The notes under the pieces were generated by a model. That model had not been told where the DNA came from. It saw nothing but the letters and a program-made list of their open reading frames with translations, and searched no databases. From assembly GCA_035472675.1 (NCBI GenBank), contig DATIOX010000232.1:511-64510 (forward strand): 64,000 nucleotides of DNA, read 5' to 3'. The number at the start of each line of letters is the position of its first letter. Position 1 is the stretch's first letter. This DNA is from Candidatus Dormiibacterota bacterium. Its GTDB lineage: Bacteria; Verrucomicrobiota; Verrucomicrobiia; Chthoniobacterales; UBA10450. The translations under genes and the position numbers were made by a program. Positions 37,567-49,601 of the stretch are shown piece by piece.

Positions 37567-37962
37567 ATGGCAGACACAGATAAATTGGTGGAGCAACTCA
37601 GCAACCTATCGGTGCTGGAGATTGCTGGGTTGGTCAAGCAACTGGAAGAAAAGTGGGGTGTGAGCGCAGCTGCACCAGTGGCAGTGGCTGCGGGCCCAGC
37701 CGCGGGGGGTGCAGCTGGCGGAGCGGCAGCTCCGGCGGCGGAAGAGAAAACCACGTTCGACGTGATCTTGAAGGAAATGGGCGCGAACAAGATTGCTGTG
37801 ATCAAGGAGGTTCGCGGCGCGGTGCCTGGACTAGGCTTGGCTGAAGCAAAAGCGCTTGTCGAAGGCGCCCCGAAGACAATCAAGGAAGGCGTGACGAAGG
37901 AGGAGGCGGACGAGATCAAGAAAAAGATCGAGGCCGCTGGTGCAAAGGTCGAAATCAAATAG
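37567..37962 (+). CDS. rplL: 50S ribosomal protein L7/L12
   Basis: [32 protein letters not shown], an Ala/Gly hinge, and C-terminal [26 protein letters not shown] 37567 follows ggagg. Confidence 0.95.
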   Translation: MADTDKLVEQLSNLSVLEIAGLVKQLEEKWGVSAAAPVAVAAGPAAGGAAGGAAAPAAEEKTTFDVILKEMGANKIAVIKEVRGAVPGLGLAEAKALVEGAPKTIKEGVTKEEADEIKKKIEAAGAKVEIK

Positions 37963-38285
37963 CGCGACGACTCGCTAGGTCGAGGTTGTTTGTCGCCGTC
38001 CATAATTCCGAAGGATGGGTGTGGACCATCCGTGGCACATTTTCCTTGCGGAGCAGAAATTTTAGGCTACTATCTTTTTTTGTAAGAAGCAGGCAGAACT
38101 TATTTTTAACGCGGCGCTCAACGGCAAAGCACAAGAATGGCAGCCGAACGGTGGCTAATTTGACAAACCGCCGTTTTGCGTGCATTTTTGTGCCCTTCGC
38201 TCGTTGCTGAGTCTCTAAAATCTTGCCCGTTTCGTCCACGATTGGTGCGTGGACGTAGCGAGGCCTAACTCTTGGCTAGTGATTT

Positions 38286-41200
38286 ATGTCGGAACGTATT
38301 TACTTTGGAAGCATCAGGGAAGGGATCGAACCGCCGAATCTAATTGAGGTTCAGGCCAACTCGTACGTTGATTTTCTTCAGAAGGACGTCCCTTTTTCAA
38401 AGCGAAAAAATCAAGGTCTCCAGGCTGTTTTCAAAGAGGTCTTTCCGATCGAGAGCTATGACGAAAAAGCGGTGCTCGATTTTAGCCACTATGAAATCGG
38501 GGAGCCTAAGTTAAGCGCGTTGGAGGCGCAGCGAGAAGGACAGACCTACAGCGCGCCGTTACACGTCACGTTCCAATTGCGCGAAGAAAAAGGCACGAAA
38601 GAAGAGAAAGTGTATATGGGTGAAATCCCCCTGATGACGCCCCAAGGGACGTTCGTCATTAACGGCGCAGAGCGCGTAGTGGTAAGTCAGTTGCATCGCT
38701 CTCCGGGGATTGCCTTTGAATCTACTGTCCACGTAAACGGTAAGGTGCTTTACAGTTTCCGGATCATTCCCGATCGGGGGTCATGGATTGAGGTCCAATT
38801 TGATACGGCTGATCTGCTTTACATTTATCTCGACCGACGCAAGAGGCGCCGGAAGTTTCTTGCCACCACGTTCCTGCGCGCCCTGGGCTACGGATCTGAC
38901 GAAGACGTCATCAAGCTTTTTTACAACATCGAGACCCTGAAGCTAAGCGAGAAACTGGATGAAGAGAAGCTCGCCACCAAAGTGCTGACTGCGGAGATCC
39001 GCGACGGCGATGTGACTGTGGCGCGCGCGTTTGAACCGCTCACCCTAGCGACCGTCCGCCAGATCATGGGGCTTAAAATTCACGAGGTGAAAGTGATCGA
39101 CATCTCTAACGATGACACCATCGTGAAGGCGCTTCGAAAAGATCCGGCGCACGACCAGGAAGAAGCGCTCAAGGACATTTACCGCCGTCTCCGCCCTGGC
39201 GATCCGCCGACTGTGGCCAATGCGCGTGCTTTGCTGAAAAGGCTCTTCTTTGATCCAAAGAAATACGATCTCGGGCGGGTCGGCCGTTACAAGATCAATC
39301 AAAAACTCGGGATCAACGTTGATCCTACCGAGCGGATCCTAACCGACAAAGATTTTATCGCTGCTATCAAGTACCTGATCAATCTGCGACGGGGTGAAGG
39401 CACCCTTGATGATATTGATCACCTGGGTAGCCGTCGCGTGCGCACCGTTGGTGAATTACTGGCGAACCAGTGCCGTGTTGGTCTTGCTCGCACGGAGCGT
39501 CTGGTCAAGGAGCGAATGACTCTGTTCGACATCAATGTGGACGGCATGACCCCGCAAAAGCTTATCAATCCAAAGGCGCTCAGTGCGGTCATTCGCGATT
39601 TCTTTGGCCGGTCGCAGCTTTCGCAGTTCATGGATCAAACGAATCCGCTCGCAGAGTTAACGCACAAGCGCCGTTTGTCGGCTCTTGGGCCGGGTGGTCT
39701 CAGCCGGGAGCGTGCCGGGTTCGAGGTGCGCGATGTTCATCCATCCCATTACGGGCGCATTTGTCCCATTGAAACACCGGAAGGTCCAAACATCGGTCTG
39801 ATTAGTTCGATGAGCACCTTCGCCCGCATCAATGAGTTCGGCTTTATCGAAACGCCCTATCGTAAGGTGGAAAAGGGCCGTGTGAGCGATCAGATCGAAT
39901 ATCTTACTGCTGATCGAGAGGAGAATTTTCTCGTTGCGCAAGCCAATGCGCCTGTTGATGGACGCGGACATTTCACAGGTGAAAAAGTATCTGTGCGTTA
40001 CCGTGGCGACTTTCTCGAAGTCGATCCCTCCAAGGTGAACTACATGGACGTCTCGCCGAAACAGCTTGTATCGGTGGCGGCGGGCCTGATCCCGTTCCTC
40101 GAACACGATGACGCAAACCGGGCGCTGATGGGCTCTAACATGCAACGCCAGGGCGTTCCTCTCGTGGTTTCCGAGGCGCCCCTGGTGGGCACGGGCTTGG
40201 AAGACAAAGTGGCGCGAGATTCTCACGCGGTCGTTCTGGCAGCCGACAGCGGCAAGGTCGCTTCGGTTACAGCAGACCAAATCGTCGTCACGAAAGATGG
40301 TCATTTTCCCGAGAGTAAGAAGAAGCTCAAGACTGATCCAGAGGCTGGGATTCACGTTTATGAACTCCGCAAATTTATGCGGTCAAATGCCGGCACGTGC
40401 GTGAACCAGAAGCCGATTGTGCACAAAGGCCAGCACGTGAAACGGGGTCAGGTCATCGCCGATGGTCCAAACACTGATTACGGCGAGCTGGCTCTCGGAC
40501 GCAATGTGCTCGTCGCGTTCATGCCTTGGAATGGATACAACTTCGAAGACGCCATCATGATTTCAGAAAAAGTGGTCAAGGAGGATGTTTACACCTCCAT
40601 CCACATCGATGAATTCGAAATCGGCGCGCGAGATACCAAGCTCGGACCCGAAGAAATCACGCGCGATATTCCGAACGTCAGCGAAGAAGCTCTGCGCAAC
40701 CTCGGACCTGATGGGGTTGTGCGGGTCGGCGCGGAAGTGAAACCGGGCGACATTCTGGTCGGGAAGATCACCCCGAAGAGCGAAACCGAATTGGCGCCGG
40801 AAGAACGCCTGCTGCGTGCAATTTTTGGCGAGAAAGCAGCGGACGTGAAAGACACGTCGCTTACTGTTCCCTCAGGCACCTATGGGATTGTGATGGATGT
40901 AAAAGTCTCGTCCCGCCGTGAAGTTTCGCGCGAAAAACTCACGCCGTCGGAAACCAGACGGCAACTCAAAACCATTAGTGAAGAACATAAGCGCAAGAAA
41001 GAGACGCTCATCGAACAATTGACCGACTCGCTTTCGAATGTCCTGCTCGGCGAAAAAGTTCCTCTCGATGTCGTCAACGCCAAGAACGGCGAGATCATTA
41101 TTCCAGCCAATCGCAAAATCACGAAGACACTGTTGCGAAAGCTGGCGACAGCGCACGATCACATCGAGATCGATCCGAGCCCGATCCGCAATAAGATCCG

Positions 41201-42080
41201 GGAAATCATCGGCGCATATGAACACAAGTTCGCCGAGCTCGAGCTCGAACGCGATCGCGCCATGGACCGGGTAGAAAGCGGTGACGATATCGATCCCGGA
41301 ATCATCAAACAGGTCAAGGTCTATATCGCGAGCAAACGCAAACTGAGCGTCGGTGACAAGATGGCAGGGCGCCACGGAAATAAGGGTGTTGTCGCCCGCA
41401 TCGTTCCCGAAGAAGACATGCCTTTCCTGGCAGACGGAACGCCGGTTGAAATTGTGCTTAACCCATTAGGCGTGCCAAGCCGTATGAATGTGGGACAAGT
41501 TCTCGAAACACACCTGGGCGTTGCCGCGAAGGCACTCGGATTCAAGGTCGCGACTCCGGTGTTTGATGGAATCAAGGAAAAACAGATTCGTGAATATTTG
41601 CATGACGCCCGGAAGAAGGAGGGATTCACCTGGGTGCAGGAAAGCGGCAAGGCAAAGCTTTTCGACGGACGAACAGGCGATGCTTTCGATCAGGAAGTGG
41701 TGGTTGGCTACATCTATATGATGAAGCTCGGCCACTTGGTGGCGGACAAGATTCACGCTCGCGCGGTAGGACCGTACTCGCTCGTGACTCAACAGCCGCT
41801 CGGCGGGAAGGCGCAATACGGTGGTCAGCGGTTTGGTGAAATGGAAGTGTGGGCGCTGGAAGCTTACGGAGCCGCCTATACTTTGCAGGAACTGCTCACC
41901 GTTAAATCCGATGACGTGCAGGGGCGGACCCGGATTTATGAGTCGATCGTCAAGGGTGATAACTCGCTTGAAGCGGGTACACCTGAATCTTTCAACGTTC
42001 TGATCAAAGAAATGCAGAGCCTGGGCCTCGACGTGAAGGTCGGCGGCCAACCGCCTACGTTTCTGGAGAGCGTCGCATAA
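38286..42080 (+). CDS. rpoB: DNA-directed RNA polymerase subunit beta
   Basis: 1264 aa with [13 protein letters not shown] and [18 protein letters not shown]. Confidence 0.98.
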   Translation: MSERIYFGSIREGIEPPNLIEVQANSYVDFLQKDVPFSKRKNQGLQAVFKEVFPIESYDEKAVLDFSHYEIGEPKLSALEAQREGQTYSAPLHVTFQLREEKGTKEEKVYMGEIPLMTPQGTFVINGAERVVVSQLHRSPGIAFESTVHVNGKVLYSFRIIPDRGSWIEVQFDTADLLYIYLDRRKRRRKFLATTFLRALGYGSDEDVIKLFYNIETLKLSEKLDEEKLATKVLTAEIRDGDVTVARAFEPLTLATVRQIMGLKIHEVKVIDISNDDTIVKALRKDPAHDQEEALKDIYRRLRPGDPPTVANARALLKRLFFDPKKYDLGRVGRYKINQKLGINVDPTERILTDKDFIAAIKYLINLRRGEGTLDDIDHLGSRRVRTVGELLANQCRVGLARTERLVKERMTLFDINVDGMTPQKLINPKALSAVIRDFFGRSQLSQFMDQTNPLAELTHKRRLSALGPGGLSRERAGFEVRDVHPSHYGRICPIETPEGPNIGLISSMSTFARINEFGFIETPYRKVEKGRVSDQIEYLTADREENFLVAQANAPVDGRGHFTGEKVSVRYRGDFLEVDPSKVNYMDVSPKQLVSVAAGLIPFLEHDDANRALMGSNMQRQGVPLVVSEAPLVGTGLEDKVARDSHAVVLAADSGKVASVTADQIVVTKDGHFPESKKKLKTDPEAGIHVYELRKFMRSNAGTCVNQKPIVHKGQHVKRGQVIADGPNTDYGELALGRNVLVAFMPWNGYNFEDAIMISEKVVKEDVYTSIHIDEFEIGARDTKLGPEEITRDIPNVSEEALRNLGPDGVVRVGAEVKPGDILVGKITPKSETELAPEERLLRAIFGEKAADVKDTSLTVPSGTYGIVMDVKVSSRREVSREKLTPSETRRQLKTISEEHKRKKETLIEQLTDSLSNVLLGEKVPLDVVNAKNGEIIIPANRKITKTLLRKLATAHDHIEIDPSPIRNKIREIIGAYEHKFAELELERDRAMDRVESGDDIDPGIIKQVKVYIASKRKLSVGDKMAGRHGNKGVVARIVPEEDMPFLADGTPVEIVLNPLGVPSRMNVGQVLETHLGVAAKALGFKVATPVFDGIKEKQIREYLHDARKKEGFTWVQESGKAKLFDGRTGDAFDQEVVVGYIYMMKLGHLVADKIHARAVGPYSLVTQQPLGGKAQYGGQRFGEMEVWALEAYGAAYTLQELLTVKSDDVQGRTRIYESIVKGDNSLEAGTPESFNVLIKEMQSLGLDVKVGGQPPTFLESVA

Positions 42081-42110
42081 TTTTTTAATTGTAAATTAGT
42101 TGGAAAAAAC

Positions 42111-45100
42111 ATGAACGAACATTCCTGGCGTGAGTTAGTGGGCGAAGAGCGGCCCGTGGGTTTTGATCAAGTCGCGATTGGCGTCGCGTCGAGTGACACG
42201 ATGCGCTCGTGGAGCAAAGGCGAAGTCAAAAATCCTGAGACAATCAATTATAGGACCTTCAAACCGGAAAAGGGAGGCCTTTTCTGCGAACGCATTTTTG
42301 GTCCCACGCGCGACTGGGAGTGCTCATGCGGAAAATACAAGCGTATCAAGCATAAGGGCGTCATCTGCGACCGGTGCGGTGTCGAAGTTACGTTGGCCCG
42401 CGTCCGCCGTGAACGGATGGGTCATATCGAATTGGCCGTACCCGTCTCGCACATCTGGTTTTACAAATGCATGCCCTCGCGCATCGGGCTGATGCTGGAT
42501 ATGAGCGCCCGGCAGCTCGAACGAGTCATCTATTACGAGGATTACATCGTCATCGATCCCGGCAAGACGCCGTTACAGAAAACACAACTGCTTAACGAAG
42601 TCGAATACCGCGAGGCACAGGAGCAGTACGGCGAAGATTTTGTTGCGGGCATGGGCGCGGAAGCGATCAGAAAACTTCTGGCCGAGATCGATCTCAACAA
42701 GCTCAACAAAGAGCTTGAGAAGGCAATGGGCGCCACCAAGAGCAAACAGATTCGCAAGAAACTCGCGAAGCGTCTAAAGCTCATCCAGGGCTTCCAAAAT
42801 TCGCATGCGCGTCCGGAATGGATGATTCTGGATGTATTGCCGGTTATTCCGCCGGATCTGCGGCCTCTGGTTCCCCTCGAGGGCGGACGTTTTGCCACCT
42901 CAGATCTGAACGATCTTTATCGCCGGGTTATTAATCGTAATAACCGGCTGAAAAACCTGCTCATGCTCAAAACGCCGGACGTCATCATTCGAAATGAAAA
43001 GCGGATGTTGCAGGAAGCGGTGGACGCTTTGTTCGACAATGGCAGACACGGTCGCGCTGTAACCGGCGCCGGGAATCGGCCTCTTAAGTCCCTGAGCGAC
43101 ATGCTCAAGGGCAAGGGTGGACGTTTCCGTCAAAATCTGCTTGGCAAACGCGTCGATTACTCAGGTCGCTCCGTAATTGTGATCGGCCCCGAGCTCAAGC
43201 TGCATCAGTGCGGATTGCCGAAGAAGATGGCGCTTGTGCTTTTCGAGCCGTTCATTATCCGCCGGCTGAAAGACCTGGGCTACGTGCACACGGTGCGCAG
43301 CGCGAAAAAGATGATCGAGCGTCAGACGCCGGAGGTATGGGACATTCTCGATGAAGTGACCAAAGGTCATCCGGTGCTGCTCAATCGCGCGCCCACTTTA
43401 CATCGGTTGTCCATTCAGGCTTTCGAACCGCAGTTAATCGAGGGCGAAGCCATTCGCATTCATCCCTTGGTTTGCACAGCTTACAATGCGGACTTTGACG
43501 GGGACCAGATGGCAGTGCATGTGCCGCTTTCGGTCGAGGCCCAGATGGAAGCGCGCATGCTGATGCTCGCGCCGAATAACATTTTTTCCCCATCCAGTGG
43601 CAAGCCCATCACGACGCCTTCCCAGGATATCACCCTGGGCTGTTACTACCTTACCCAAAACCCTCGCGGCGCCGGCAAAGATGGCCAGCGGCTTCCGCTT
43701 TTTGCCGATGCGGCCGAGGTAGAATTCGCAATGGCAGAAGGAAGCATTCGCGCACATGACCGTATCAGGATTAAGAACCCGGATTTCGGCAAGCAAACAA
43801 TCTTCGGAAATGCTGAAGCCAAAATAATTGAAACCACTTCGGGTCGTGTCGTTTTTAATGAGATTTGGCCCAAGCAGCTTGGATTTTTCAACAGGCCGGC
43901 CGGCAAGAAGCAACTTAGCGACATCATCTGGCGCTGTTATCAAATTGCAGGACCTGCAGAAACCGTCGCGACGCTGGATAAATTAAAAGAGCTCGGTTTT
44001 GCCGAGGCCACCAAAGCTGGCATCTCCATTGGGATTTCGGACATGATCATTCCGAAAGAGAAAGAGACCGAACTGGAAAACGCCTATAAGCAGATTCGAC
44101 AGGTTGATCAGCAATATCGCAAGGGCATTATCACCGATGGTGAGCGCTACAATAAGATTATCGATATCTGGACGCACGCCGGTGACGAAATTTCCAGTGC
44201 CATGTTCCGCACTCTGGAACACAATGACGGCCGTAAGGAGTTGAATCCTGTTTTCTTGATGGTCGATTCCGGTTCACGTGGCAACCGCCAGCAGGTCCGT
44301 CAGCTTGCAGGTATGCGCGGTTTGATGGCGAAACCATCAGGCGAAATCATTGAGCGACCGATCACATCGAACTTCCGCGAAGGGCTGAGCGTGCTCGAGT
44401 ATTTCATTTCCACTCACGGTGCTCGCAAGGGTCTTGCTGACACCGCCCTAAAGACGGCTGACTCCGGGTATCTAACGCGCAAACTGGTCGACGCTGCACA
44501 GGACGTCATCATCAACGAACAGGACTGTGGCACTGTAAACGGCATCGTAGTGCGCTCAATTTACGAGGGCGACGAAGAAGTCGTCGATCTCGGTCAGCGC
44601 ATTATCGGACGCGTAAGCTGCGAAACGATCGCTGATCCGGTGGACAAGAAGAAGAAGATCGTCAAAGCGAATCAGTTGATTGATGAAAAGATCGCTGCGG
44701 ACCTTCAGCGAGTCGGCGTTGAGAGCTTGAAGATTCGTTCGGTTCTTACCTGTGAGTGCGGCCGGGGCGTTTGCGCAATGTGTTATGGGCGCAATCTGGC
44801 TACGGGCCAATTCGTCAAACTTGGCGAAGCAGTAGGAATTATCGCAGCCCAATCGATTGGCGAGCCGGGAACGCAATTAACGATGCGCACATTCCACATC
44901 GGCGGCACCGCCAGCCAGACCTTCAAGCAACCAATCATCAAGGCCAAAAACGACGGCACCGTGCGCTTTAACGACCTGCGGACGGTCCAGGCGCTCGACG
45001 GCAGTTGGATCGCTTTGAACAAGAACGGTTCGATCAGTGTGCACAACGAAGAAGGCCGCGAACTCGAGCGTTACAACGTGGTAATCGGGTCAATGATCTC

Positions 45101-46229
45101 TAAAGGTGACGGAGCTGCGGTTAAGAAGGGCGAAACCTTCGTTCAATGGGACCCATACAATGTGCCTATTCTCACCGACAAAGGTGGCAAGATCGAATTC
45201 CGCGATATGATCGCCGGTGTCACGATCAAACGCGACGTCGATGAGGCGACTGGCCTGATGGGCACCGTTATCATTGAGCACAAGGAGGATTTGCATCCAC
45301 AAATTGTTATCGTGGATGACAAGAAGGAAGTGCTCGCGAGTTATTCCATCCCGGCTGGCGCTCACGTGATCGTGGAAGAAGGCCAAAAGGTGCGTGGTGG
45401 CGCGCTGCTGGCCAAGACGCCCCGGAAGGTCGCAAAGACCAAAGATATTACTGGAGGTTTGCCGCGCGTGGCCGAATTATTCGAAGCGCGCCGGCCAAAA
45501 GATGCGGCGGAGATTGCCAAGATCGACGGCGTTGTTGAGATGGGCGGCACCGTCCGCGGAAAGCGACGCTTGATTTTGAAGGATCCCGACACCGGAGCCG
45601 AGGAGGAACACCTGATCCCGCTTACCAAACATATTATCGTGTTCAAGGGCGATTTCGTAAAGAAGGGTCAGCAACTTACGGAGGGCCCCGTCGTTCCCCA
45701 TGAAATCCTCGAGGTCTGCGGACCGCAGGATTTGCAAGAGCACCTCGTCAATGAAGTGCAAGAGGTATATCGGTTGCAGGGTGTGGAGATTAACGACAAG
45801 CACATCGAAATCATCGTGCGCCAAATGTTGCGAAAAGTGAAGATTACGGATCCTGGTGATACATCGTTGCTCTGGGGCGATCAGGTCGACAAGCTGGACT
45901 TCGAGGAGGAAAACAAGAAGGTGGTCGAGAAGGGTGGCAAGCCGGCGGAAGCCGTTCCCGTTTTACTCGGCATCACGAAGGCTTCACTCGAGACGGACAG
46001 CTTTATCTCTGCTGCTTCGTTCCAGGATACGACTCGTGTTCTTACAGAAGCGGCTACGCTGGGTAAGGTGGATAAACTGCGCGGCTTCAAGGAAAACGTG
46101 ATCATGGGTCACTTGATCCCCGCCGGCACTGGTTTCCCTGAGCACCGCGAGATCAAGTTGGTCGAAAAAGGTGAGCCAATTGGCGCACCAGTGATGGAAG
46201 AAGCCGAGCCGCAGCCGGCCATCGGGTAA
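42111..46229 (+). CDS. rpoC: DNA-directed RNA polymerase subunit beta'
   Basis: 1372 aa with zinc-binding CxCGKY..C..CG and the catalytic NADFDGDQM. Confidence 0.98.
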   Translation: MNEHSWRELVGEERPVGFDQVAIGVASSDTMRSWSKGEVKNPETINYRTFKPEKGGLFCERIFGPTRDWECSCGKYKRIKHKGVICDRCGVEVTLARVRRERMGHIELAVPVSHIWFYKCMPSRIGLMLDMSARQLERVIYYEDYIVIDPGKTPLQKTQLLNEVEYREAQEQYGEDFVAGMGAEAIRKLLAEIDLNKLNKELEKAMGATKSKQIRKKLAKRLKLIQGFQNSHARPEWMILDVLPVIPPDLRPLVPLEGGRFATSDLNDLYRRVINRNNRLKNLLMLKTPDVIIRNEKRMLQEAVDALFDNGRHGRAVTGAGNRPLKSLSDMLKGKGGRFRQNLLGKRVDYSGRSVIVIGPELKLHQCGLPKKMALVLFEPFIIRRLKDLGYVHTVRSAKKMIERQTPEVWDILDEVTKGHPVLLNRAPTLHRLSIQAFEPQLIEGEAIRIHPLVCTAYNADFDGDQMAVHVPLSVEAQMEARMLMLAPNNIFSPSSGKPITTPSQDITLGCYYLTQNPRGAGKDGQRLPLFADAAEVEFAMAEGSIRAHDRIRIKNPDFGKQTIFGNAEAKIIETTSGRVVFNEIWPKQLGFFNRPAGKKQLSDIIWRCYQIAGPAETVATLDKLKELGFAEATKAGISIGISDMIIPKEKETELENAYKQIRQVDQQYRKGIITDGERYNKIIDIWTHAGDEISSAMFRTLEHNDGRKELNPVFLMVDSGSRGNRQQVRQLAGMRGLMAKPSGEIIERPITSNFREGLSVLEYFISTHGARKGLADTALKTADSGYLTRKLVDAAQDVIINEQDCGTVNGIVVRSIYEGDEEVVDLGQRIIGRVSCETIADPVDKKKKIVKANQLIDEKIAADLQRVGVESLKIRSVLTCECGRGVCAMCYGRNLATGQFVKLGEAVGIIAAQSIGEPGTQLTMRTFHIGGTASQTFKQPIIKAKNDGTVRFNDLRTVQALDGSWIALNKNGSISVHNEEGRELERYNVVIGSMISKGDGAAVKKGETFVQWDPYNVPILTDKGGKIEFRDMIAGVTIKRDVDEATGLMGTVIIEHKEDLHPQIVIVDDKKEVLASYSIPAGAHVIVEEGQKVRGGALLAKTPRKVAKTKDITGGLPRVAELFEARRPKDAAEIAKIDGVVEMGGTVRGKRRLILKDPDTGAEEEHLIPLTKHIIVFKGDFVKKGQQLTEGPVVPHEILEVCGPQDLQEHLVNEVQEVYRLQGVEINDKHIEIIVRQMLRKVKITDPGDTSLLWGDQVDKLDFEEENKKVVEKGGKPAEAVPVLLGITKASLETDSFISAASFQDTTRVLTEAATLGKVDKLRGFKENVIMGHLIPAGTGFPEHREIKLVEKGEPIGAPVMEEAEPQPAIG

Positions 46230-46235
46230 GATCGA

Positions 46236-46311
46236 GGAGTAGTGGAGTAATGGAGTGATGGGCGACAACAAATCCCATCACTCCCTTACTCCAGCACTCC
46301 AATACTCCACC
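46236..46311. repeat. long imperfect hairpin built from ggagt-type words, downstream of rpoC
   Basis: The left arm ggagtagtggagtaatggagtgatggg faces the right arm cccatcactcccttactccagcactccaatactcc. The inner 11 bp (ggagtgatggg/cccatcactcc) pair perfectly, with a 10-11-nt loop. Confidence 0.65.
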
Positions 46312-46321
46312 TAAAATCGCC

Positions 46322-46867
46322 ATGTCGATCGTCACCAAAACGGGCGATAAAGGCGAAACGTCTCTGATGTACGGTCACCGCGTGTCGAAGCGTGATCCAC
46401 GCGTCGATGCCTATGGCTGTGTCGATGAGCTGACTGCATCCCTAGGCTTAGCCAGGTCCGTTTCGACCGACAAATTCGTTTCAGACGAAATCCTCGCCGT
46501 ACAAAAAGATTTGATCGTTGTCATGGGAGAACTGGCAACGGCGCCAAGCGATCGGGAGCGTTACGTCAAAGATGGCTTTCAACTTACCACGTCAGCGATG
46601 GTCGACCGGGTCACTGCGTTGATTGTCGATCTCGAGAAAGACGAATCGCTTTATCCGAAGGATTGGGTGATTCCCGGCGCAACACCGGTGTCTGCCGCTC
46701 TCGATTTTGCTCGCGCAACCTGCCGGCGCGCCGAGCGGCACATCGCTGCGGTTAGCATTAACGAACCGGATTTTGACGTCGAGATGCTGCGCTACTTGAA
46801 TCGCCTTTCCGATCTTTGTTGGATTCTGGCGAGATACGCCGAGAAAGACTCGCGAAATTCTAGTTAG
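46322..46867 (+). CDS. PduO-type ATP:cob(I)alamin adenosyltransferase
   Basis: MSIVTKTGDKGETSL N-terminus and VDELTASLGLAR. 181 aa. Confidence 0.9.
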   Translation: MSIVTKTGDKGETSLMYGHRVSKRDPRVDAYGCVDELTASLGLARSVSTDKFVSDEILAVQKDLIVVMGELATAPSDRERYVKDGFQLTTSAMVDRVTALIVDLEKDESLYPKDWVIPGATPVSAALDFARATCRRAERHIAAVSINEPDFDVEMLRYLNRLSDLCWILARYAEKDSRNSS

Positions 46868-46971
46868 CGGCGGGTTGCTACGGTACGCCCTGAATTGCGC
46901 TGCAATCCGGCGTCAAAAGTTGGCAACCGTCCGGCAGCGCGTTTCATCGCGCGATGTTAGAAATCGGAGCC

Positions 46972-47835
46972 ATGAAATTCAGATTAGCTCTTGCGGTTAC
47001 ATTGTTGTTTTCCTTTTCCATCGCGCGTGCCGATGAAGCCATCTTCGCATGGACTTACACGACCGATTTGTTGCCGAAGGGCCGATGGGAGTTTGAACAA
47101 TAGGTGACGTCGCGTTGGGAAAAGGAACATGGCACCTATAGTGTGCTCGATTTCCGCGAAGAACTTGAGTACGGCCTCACGGATGATTTTCAGATCGCGC
47201 TTTACCTCAATCATCATTGCGTTAACGCGAACGACGACTTTCCTGCGGAAGACCCCAATCGCCCGGGTCACCGTCTTCCTGGGGTTTACGAAACGGGCGG
47301 GGAAGACGTTCACGCCGGACACAATCCCGCTACGCCGTTCGACAGTTATCATTTTGAATCGGTCTCGTTCGAGGCGATTTACCGCTTATTGAGTCCTTAC
47401 AAGGACCCAATTGGTCTCGCGCTCTATTTCGAGCCGGCGGTTGGCGATCAGGAAACGGAGCTGGAATGGAAAATCTTGCTCCAAAAGAATTGGCTGGAAG
47501 ACCGCCTGGTTTGGGCGCTTAACGTCAATTATGAGTTAGAGTTTGAAAAGGTAGACGGCGGGGGCTACGAGCGCGACGGGATCTTCGAGTGGTTCACCGG
47601 ACTCTCTTACCGCTTCGTGCGCAATTGGTCAGCAGGTTTGGAATTTTGGAACCATCACGAATTTGCCGATGCTACCGTGCACGAGCATTCGGCCTACTTT
47701 ATCGGGCCGACAATTCATTATGGTGGTGAACCATCACCGGCTACGGCCTTTATTACGCCGGCGGCGAAAGACTGCGTGCGTGGACGAGTTGGATTCATCT
47801 CGCTGTCGGCCTGGCTTTGCCGATCTTGCTACTGA
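46972..47835 (+). pseudogene. outer-membrane beta-barrel protein gene interrupted by an in-frame TAG
   Basis: ATG 46972 encodes the signal peptide MKFRLALAVTLLFSFSIARA plus 24 aa. TAG then sits at 47101-47103, and the same frame continues for 243 codons of alternating beta-strand-like sequence (WEFEQ*VTSRWEKEHGTYS). Confidence 0.6.
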
Positions 47836-48062
47836 TCCACATCTTTCTGGGAAGGAGGACACGCCCTTCGGGCCAATCTCGAACCCGATCGCGTCTTGCG
47901 TCTCAGGGCGCGGCAGACAGACATCCAAAGTCCTTGACCACGAGTCCCAACTGAGCCCTTAATGAGGGCAGTAATAGCGCTGAATTTCAGGTTGCACATC
48001 GACGCGTGCTGTAGCATCTTCATCGTCCCGCTCTGAAGTTCCTCTCTCGCGGATTTTCTCCT

Positions 48063-48794
48063 ATGGCAGATACGACAGAATTAGTACCTGAGCTTTTGGA
48101 AGCTGGTGTCCACTTTGGGCATCAGACGAAGCGCTGGAATCCGAAGATGAAGGCGTTCATCTTCGAACAGCGCAATCAGATTTACATCATTAATTTGGAT
48201 GAAACGGTGCTTCAGCTTCGGCGGGCCACGGAATTTCTCCAGGAAGTCACACGCCGTGGAGGCAGAATTTTATTCGTTGGTTGCAAGAAACAGGCGCAGG
48301 AAGCGATAAAGGAGGCTGCGCTGGCTTGCGGTCAGTTTTACGTCAATCAGCGTTGGCTGGGCGGCACATTGACCAACCTCGCGACCATTCGCAAGAGCAT
48401 CGGGCGACTGAGATACATCGAAGAGATCGAGAAATCACCCGAATACAAGAAGATGGGCAAGCAGGAACTGGCTGCTCTTAATCGTGAGGCGGCAAAGCTC
48501 CGGCGCAATCTCGAGGGCATAATCGACATGTCTCAATTGCCCGACACCCTTGTCGTGATCGATACGATTCGTGAACAAAACGCCGTGAACGAAGCGCGGC
48601 GCCTTGGGATTCCAGTGGTTGCCATCGTGGATACAAATGCGGACCCGGACATCATCGATTACCCGATCGCTGGCAACGATGACGCGATCCGCGCGATTCG
48701 CGTGATTCTGCAGAAGCTCGTGGATGCCATCGTCTCTGCAAGCAACGAAGCGCGCATCCGCGAGCAAGTCGAAATGGCTGGCGTTTCAGCGTAG
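48063..48794 (+). CDS. rpsB: 30S ribosomal protein S2
   Basis: LLEAGVHFGHQTKRWNPKM and FVGCKKQAQ. It is followed by tsf. Confidence 0.97.
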   Translation: MADTTELVPELLEAGVHFGHQTKRWNPKMKAFIFEQRNQIYIINLDETVLQLRRATEFLQEVTRRGGRILFVGCKKQAQEAIKEAALACGQFYVNQRWLGGTLTNLATIRKSIGRLRYIEEIEKSPEYKKMGKQELAALNREAAKLRRNLEGIIDMSQLPDTLVVIDTIREQNAVNEARRLGIPVVAIVDTNADPDIIDYPIAGNDDAIRAIRVILQKLVDAIVSASNEARIREQVEMAGVSA

Positions 48795-48869
48795 TCAGCC
48801 GATAACCAATAGCCGATGGTTGATAGTTAACCTGGGCCGGATTTTTTCTTTTAACGCTCTAATCACTTA

Positions 48870-49487
48870 ATGAAGACAACAGCTGAGATCGATCCCCAAC
48901 TAGTTAAACAGCTCCGCGAAAAAACCAACGCAGGTTTCATGGATTGCAAGCGCGCTCTTGTGGAGAGTGGCGGCGATCTGGAGAAAGCGGAGACGATTTT
49001 GCGGACCAAAGGAATTGCCAGCGCGGGAAAGAAAGCTTCCCGTGCAACGAAAGAAGGCGTCGTGGCTTCTTATATTCACCTGCAAGGGAAGGTTGGCGTG
49101 CTCGTGGAGGTGAATTGTGAGACCGACTTCGTGGCGAGGAACGAGAACTTTCGCGAGTTCGTGAAGGATATCACACTGCATATTGCGGCAGCCCACCCCC
49201 TCTACGTCAGCCGCGCAGATGTGCCAGGCAATCTCATCGAAGCTGAGCGCGAAATTTACAAAGCGCAGGTCAAAGGCAAACCAGCGAACGTTGCTGACAA
49301 AATTGTCGAAGGAAAACTCGACAAATTCTACAGCACCGTTTGCTTGCTCGAACAAGGTTTCATCAAAAATCCCGATGTGACCATCAAGGATTTGCTCAAC
49401 GCCAAGATTTCCGAGCTGGGCGAGAATATCGTCATCCGCCGTTTTGTCCGCTATCTCGTTGGTGAGGCGCTGCCGAGTGAGCCTTAG
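48870..49487 (+). CDS. tsf: elongation factor Ts (short form)
   Basis: LVKQLREKTNAGFMDCKRALVESGGDLEKA UBA-like N-terminus. 205 aa. Confidence 0.95.
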   Translation: MKTTAEIDPQLVKQLREKTNAGFMDCKRALVESGGDLEKAETILRTKGIASAGKKASRATKEGVVASYIHLQGKVGVLVEVNCETDFVARNENFREFVKDITLHIAAAHPLYVSRADVPGNLIEAEREIYKAQVKGKPANVADKIVEGKLDKFYSTVCLLEQGFIKNPDVTIKDLLNAKISELGENIVIRRFVRYLVGEALPSEP

Positions 49488-49498
49488 GCCGTTGTAGC

Positions 49499-49520
49499 GG
49501 CGTTCGCCGCGGCGAACGCC
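49499..49520. terminator. perfect GC palindrome ggcgttcgc-cgcg-gcgaacgcc downstream of tsf
   Basis: 9-bp perfect stem. A near-identical motif recurs at 58269..58289. Confidence 0.4.
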
Positions 49521-49601
49521 GGACGTAGTCATAGGCGTCTTATACAAGCGCTTCTGCAACGTCGCGTGCACACGGCCGATCCGCAGTTAAGTTGCCCTGC
49601 A

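Noticed and set aside
47690-47835. A possible frameshift near the 3' end of the beta-barrel gene. The tail EPSPATAFITPAAKDCVRGRVGFISLSAWLCRSCY looks atypical, and an alternative frame contains WW.TITGYGLYY.
   Set aside because: The alternative frame has a stop straight after WW. The current frame ends in an aromatic residue, as OMPs often do. The question cannot be resolved without homologs.
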